Source: Stegostoma tigrinum
Lineage: Eukaryota
Direction of reading: 5' to 3'
DNA length: 64,000 nucleotides
Assembly: GCF_030684315.1 (NCBI RefSeq)
Contig: NC_081387.1
Coordinates: 1,406,497-1,470,496, forward strand
This document shows, one piece after another, positions 58,575-64,000 of this stretch. Under the pieces are notes generated by a model. The model was not told the DNA's origin and searched no databases. It saw only the letters and a list, made by a program, of their open reading frames with translations. The position numbers were made by a program, and so were the translations under genes. Position 1 is the first letter of the stretch, and every line of letters begins with the position of its first letter.

Positions 58575-58845
58575 TGCCTGGTTCAAACCCAGTCTCAGGC
58601 GACTGTCTGTGTGGAGCTTGCACATTCTCCTTATGTCTGCATGGGTTTCCTCCAGGTGCTCTGGTTTCCTCCTACAGTCCAAAGATGTGCAGGCTAGGTG
58701 GATTGGCCATGCTAAGTTGCCCGTAATGTTCAGGGATGTATAACTTAGGTGGGTTATAGGTGAGTGGGTTTGGGTGGGTGCTCTGACAGTCGATGTGGAC
58801 TTGTTCAGCTGAAGGGCCTGTTTCCATGCTGCAGGGATGCTATGG
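58575..58845 (+). mobile_element. HE1-type V-SINE (5'-truncated)
   Basis: B box, V-domain and tail. Confidence 0.8.
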
Positions 58846-59639
58846 AGAATGCATACTGGTTCCAGTTGGCCAGTTGGAATTCAGAAAATTTGAGAGGGAA
58901 AGAAAGATTGAAGTAAAAAAAAAATTAAAATCGAAAGAGATAAGACCATTAGAGAACATCTGTTGGTCATGAAGCAGTTTGGAGCAAAGAGGGGTGTAAA
59001 AGAAACAATTTTGACAGGATAGACAGGATGCCAAGTAATACAGAAGCATGTTTGGAAACACAAAGTGATGCCAAGAAGTTACTATGCTTCCATCATAATA
59101 AGACTGGAAACATTAAAGCCAATTATTGGAAGTTAAATGTGAAACCATTTGCAATGATAGGAATGTCTAAAGAATCTTTAGGAAAGATTGAATTGAAAAA
59201 AGAATTATCTGTAGCTTTAATACAAAAAGAACACTTTGCCTACAAAGGTACCAAGTAGGGAAAGATGGTGTGGACAATTAAGAATTTATATAAAAGGATT
59301 TTTCCTGGGATGTAGGTGTTGCAGGCTGGGCCAGCATTCAACCCTAATTGAACTTGAGAAAGTGTTGTTGAGCAGCCTCCTTGAATCATTGCAGTTCATG
59401 TGCTCTAGGTAGACACACAATGCCCATTAGGGAGGGAATTCCAGGATTTTGGCCCAGAGACATGAAAGCATAATGATATTTGTCCAAATCAGTATTGTGC
59501 GTGGCTTGCAAGGGAACTTTCAGGTGATGGTGGTGTTCCTATATATTTGCAGCCCTTATCCTGAGCTTGGAATCAGACCATTTAAAGTTTTGAGTATTTT
59601 GATGCAGAAGGGAAGCATCTGCTAATGCTTGAGATTACA

Positions 59640-62600
59640 GAATGGTTAAGGTGTAGAAAGAGGCTAAACAGCCCATCATGCCAACATTAGTTATATTACG
59701 TAGTGCTAATCTCCTGCCTTTTCACCATATTTATCCAAATAGATATCCAATGCCCTCTTCATTATGTGAATTGAACCTGCTGTCTCCAGACTTCCAGGCA
59801 GTGTGTTCCAGACCCAAACTACTCACTGTGTGGAAGTGTTTCTTAAAATCAAAAATGTACGCTCTCTCATTATTACAAGCAGAAATGGCTTCTCCCTATC
59901 TACTGTCTAGCCCACTCATGATTTTGAAAACCTCAGAATCATAGAATCCCCACAGTGTGGAAATAGGCCTTTTCACCCAACTCTACACTGCCCCTTCAAA
60001 CAGCATCCCACCCAGACCAATTGCCCTACCCTTTTCCTGCATTTCTCATGTCTAATCCACCTAACTCACACATACTTGGACACTATGGGCAATTTAGCAT
60101 GGCTAATCCACCTCGCCTGCAAATCTTTGGACTGTGGGAGGAAACCTACGCATTTACAGGGAGAACTTGCAAACTCCACACAGACAGTCGCCCGAGGGTG
60201 GAAGCGAACCCGGGTCCCTGGTGTTCCAATCTCTCGGGAGATTCTCTCCAGGGAGAACAGTCTGAAATGCTTCAATCTATTCTCATAACTGAAGCTTCTC
60301 ACACTTGGAACCATTCTACAAATCACTTCTTCACTCTATTCACAGCATTCACACCTTTCCTAAAATGTGGTGTCCACTGCAGTACACAAGACTTCAGTCA
60401 AGATCCAATAGTGATTCAAACAAGTTCGGTATCACCTTCCTGCTTTTGTACTTTTTGCCCTGCATGCTCTATTAATCACTCTCCACTGGTCCTGCCACTT
60501 TAAGATCCCTCTGCTCCTGGATCCCTTTAATAACTGTACCCTCCATTTTACGTTGTCTTTCACTGTCCATCTGAATAAAGCACATCACCTCACACTTCTC
60601 TTCATTAAACCTCACCTGCTCCCCCCGAACAAGTGTGCCACTCCATCAACTTGAGAATGTCCTTTTTGATCGCACACTGTCCTCCACACAGCTTAAAATG
60701 TTTCCAAGTTGAGTGTCATCTGCAAACAAGGAAATTGTCCCTTGCACACCAAGATCCAGATCATTAATATGTGCCAGAAAAAGTGAGGGCCCAGTTCTGA
60801 CCCCTGGGAGACTTCATTACAAATCTTCTTCCAGCCTGAAAAATATTTGTTGACTCTCTATGTTTTCTATCACTCAGCCAACGTTGTATGTCTAGGTTTC
60901 CTCACAAGTTTATTGTGTGGTACTGTATCAAACACCTTCTGGAAATCCATAAACACCACATCAAGTGTGTTGACTATTCTGATACCTCATCAAAAAAAAG
61001 CTCGAGACATAATTTTCTCTTCAGAAATCCATGCCGGAGTCTTCTTAATCAATCCATTTCTTTCTCGTTACTAATTCTCTCCTGAAGAATTATTTCTAGA
61101 AGTTACTCCAGCAGTAAAGTTAAATTAACTCGTCAGTACTTGCTGGAATTTTCCTTGAACCTTTCTTGAACAAGGCCACATTGTTTGCAATTCTCCAGTC
61201 TTCAGGCTGAAGGATTATGGCCACTACCCTCACAATTTCTACCCTCACTTCGTTGAAAATCCCTGGATGCATCTCATCTGGGCCCAGTGCCTCATCAGAC
61301 TAAAGTACCAACCATCTATCCAAGGCTCTTCCTTATTAATTTTAAATCCTCGTTAATAGCAGAGTTTCCTTCTCTGTCACCATCGTTTGAGTAGCATCCT
61401 GTAAAGACAGATGCAAAGTATTTATTTAATGTCTTAGCCATGCCACTGACTCCACTCATAAATCTCCTTTGTGGTCTCTGACCAACCCTACGACCCTGAC
61501 ACTCTGGTTTCTCTTACAGATCGTATAAACGTTTGCCTTTTATTTAAAATTCTATAATCAATTACTTGATGTTTATATGCACAGAGAAGACTTTGGGATT
61601 TCCCTTTATAGTAACTGCAGGCTTCTGTCAGAATTCCTTCTTCTCCTGCTATTTGTTTTCTCACCTCCATGTTTCAGTGTGCCTTTTGATTGTGAAGTGT
61701 ATTTCCTGCCTTACACCTGTCATAATGTTAATTTAATGTTTTAATGTTAATTTCTACCTCATTTGTCCCAAGTGAATTCTTTTTTGTCCTACCTTTTCCA
61801 TCAGAGGGAATATACCTCAACTGTATCCTAACGAGTCTCCTCTTTGAAGGTTGCCTATTTCTATTGGTTTTCCAACCCAGCTCTTGTTCCAATTCATCCT
61901 GCTCAGCTCTGTTCTTGCCTCATTAAAGTCAGCTCTCTGCCAATTGATTTTCCTTACTCTGGAAATGTTCCATGTCATTTTTCGACATTATTCCTATATC
62001 TTATGATCCAATTGTAGAGTCTTCTAAATGTTGCCCCACTGACATTTGACCCACTTCACCTACCTCATTTTCAAGGGCCAAGTCCAACATGCATCCTCCT
62101 CCCTTGTTGGATTAGATACAAACTTGGAAACACTCGCGAACACAATCTGGGAATATTTAGCCTTCGCTATCCATTACACACCAGTATCACAATCTACACT
62201 TTGGTAATTTAACTACCCATTATATCTACTCCACAATGTTGCCATTTCTCTACTTGCCCTGCAGATTTGTTCCTCTACATCCTTTCCACTAATTGTTGTC
62301 TATGGAATAGCAATGTAATTACACTCTTCTTATTCCATAGCTTTATCCAAATTGGTTCTGTCCTTGAAACCTCAGAAATATTCTCCTTCTCTATCTTTCC
62401 TGAACAATTTACGCTCAGAAATATTTAACACACAATCTTGCCCTTCTTTGAACCAGGTTTCCATCACTGCTACAACATTATAATTCCACTTTGTAATTCA
62501 TTCATATCCCGACACCTTCACTGTATTCTGTGTATTTACAGACATGCATGTTACTTTATTTTGGAATTTATTGTTTTCTCTCCTACTGTGATTTCATCTA

Positions 62601-62800
62601 TTAGCTTACAATTCTTTATGCAAGTTCCAGCTGCACCCCTAGGTATTTTACAAGCCCTGATATCCTATTCTATGGTGTCTCATACCCCTGCCAATTATTT
62701 CAAGGCCTGCACAGTGACACTAACAGCCCATGAGTAATTCAATCCCAACTCTGTTCACTTATAACCCATTTGGATTGCACAGATGCCATCTTCCCTCGAG
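59640..62800 (-). mobile_element. Old, long CR1 remnant
   Basis: Reverse-complement RT and 3' remnants (SYENRLKHFRLFSLE, DFQKVFD, FADD-like); left part clear, right boundary uncertain. Confidence 0.6.
59935..60222 (-). mobile_element. HE1-type V-SINE nested in a CR1
   Basis: Reverse-complement B box, V-domain and tail. Confidence 0.8.
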
Positions 62801-62924
62801 CCAGTGTCCAAGGAATCTAAATCCTTCCCTCCTGCATCTTTCCAGCTAAACATTCATCTGCCTTATCCTCCTATTGCTGTATTTTCCTGCACGTAGCTCT
62901 GGGAGCACTTTGTCGAGCAAATAG

Positions 62925-63655
62925 CTATGGAGATACTAGATGCACTTTCAAAAATTCTTAGAATCTGGACAAGCTCCAGATGATGGGAAAACTGTCAATG
63001 TCACACCTTTTTACAAAAAGGGAAAGCGACAAAAACAGGCAATTATAGACCAGTTAGACATTGCCTAATAGAGTGTAGAGCTGGATGAACACAGCAGGCC
63101 AAGCAGTTTCAGAGGAGCAGGAAGGGTAACATTTCAGGCTTAGACCATTTTCTGAAGAAAAGCCTAGACCGGAAACATCTACCTTCTTGCTCTTCTGATG
63201 CTGCTTAGCCTGCTGTATTCATCCAGCTGTAAACCTTGTCATCTCAAATTCTACAGCATCTGCAGTTCCTACTATCTGAGACATTGCCTAATGTCTAACT
63301 GGAAAAATCTAGCATCTCATTATTGAGGAAGCATCAGCAGAAAATTTAGATACGCACAGCATAATCAAGGTCGAGTCATGATGGGGAGATCTTGCCTGAC
63401 AAATTTACTAGGATTATTTGAGGTGTTAACCAGTATATGTAACTTATTTAGATTTCCAGGTTTTTGGTAAGGTAACGCATGTAAGGTTGCTCACTGACAG
63501 TCCAGAATGTTGAAAGCAGCAATTAACATGAATAGCTTATTAATAGAAGACAAACAGTAGGACGAGAGAGCATTTTCAGGATGGAAACCTCCACGTAACG
63601 GAGTACCACAGGGATCAGACTGGGGCCACAAATTATTTACAGTATATACTGATGA
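62925..63655 (+). mobile_element. CR1 ORF2 fragment
   Basis: NVTPFYKKGKRQKTGNYRPV and GVPQGSDWGPQLFTVYTDDL. Confidence 0.8.
63070..63278. mobile_element. Miniature palindromic PLE-tail insertion inside a CR1
   Basis: Opposed tails around a degenerate hammerhead; 14-bp TSD agacattgcctaat at 63056-63069 and 63279-63292. Confidence 0.85.
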
Positions 63656-63659
63656 CTTA

Positions 63660-63956
63660 GATTAGATTCCCTACAGTGTGGAAACAGGGCCTTTGGCCCA
63701 ACAAGTCCACACTGCCCCTTGAAGCATCCCACCCAGACCCATTCCCCTATAACCCACGCACCCCTGAATACTCAGACAATTTAGCATGGCTGATCCACCT
63801 TTGGACTGTGGGAGGAAACTGGAGCACCCGGAGGAAACCCACACAGACACGGGGAGAATGTGCAAAGTCCACACAGACAGTCGCCGGAGGCTGGAATCGA
63901 ACCCAGGTCCCTGGCGCTGTCAGGCTGCAGTGCTAACCACTGAGCCACCGTGCCAC
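63660..63956 (-). mobile_element. HE1-type tRNA-derived V-SINE, near full length
   Basis: A box TGGCTCAGTGG, B box GGTTCGATTCC, V-domain ttctccccgtgtctgtgtgggtttcctccgggtgctcc, CR1-like tail. Confidence 0.9.
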
Positions 63957-64000
63957 CTACTTAAATGATGGAAACGAATTTACTACCACCAAGTTTGCAA

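Noticed and set aside
63890-63956. tRNA-like A and B boxes
   Set aside because: They are the head of an HE1-type SINE, not a tRNA gene.

Overview
Eukaryotic, repeat-rich genomic DNA, almost certainly from a cartilaginous fish: it carries HE1-type V-SINEs, CR1 LINEs, shark-type Penelope-like elements and shark-type MHC and GPR139-like genes. A carpet shark is my inference. Most entries in the ORF track are spurious or retroelement fragments. Genic content is all on the minus strand. (1) Two intact, correctly spliced exons (alpha1 10156-10416, alpha2 7293-7571) of a non-classical MHC class I-like gene. It has lost nearly all peptide-terminus anchor residues and gained four extra cysteines at positions that could form two new disulfides (2-104 and 77-147, HLA numbering). 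No alpha3 or leader exon was recognised. (2) A GPR139/142-like GPCR pseudogene (20.5-21.6 kb). (3) A decayed multi-exon Siglec/MAG/CD22-like Ig-superfamily gene (about 24.4-35.4 kb), plus other orphan exon-like pieces. The mobile DNA is dominated by several Penelope-like element (PLE) families (RT + GIY-YIG) whose 3' tails carry minimal type I hammerhead ribozyme motifs. Many PLE insertions are inverted (palindromic), from about 180-bp hairpins with TSDs up to a young 3.1-kb element with 1.15-kb arms and an uninterrupted RT-EN frame. A triplicated module carries a conserved CCAAT plus C/EBP-like motif in two of its three copies. Repeat boundaries are estimated by eye (plus or minus tens of bp); exon and TSD coordinates were counted.
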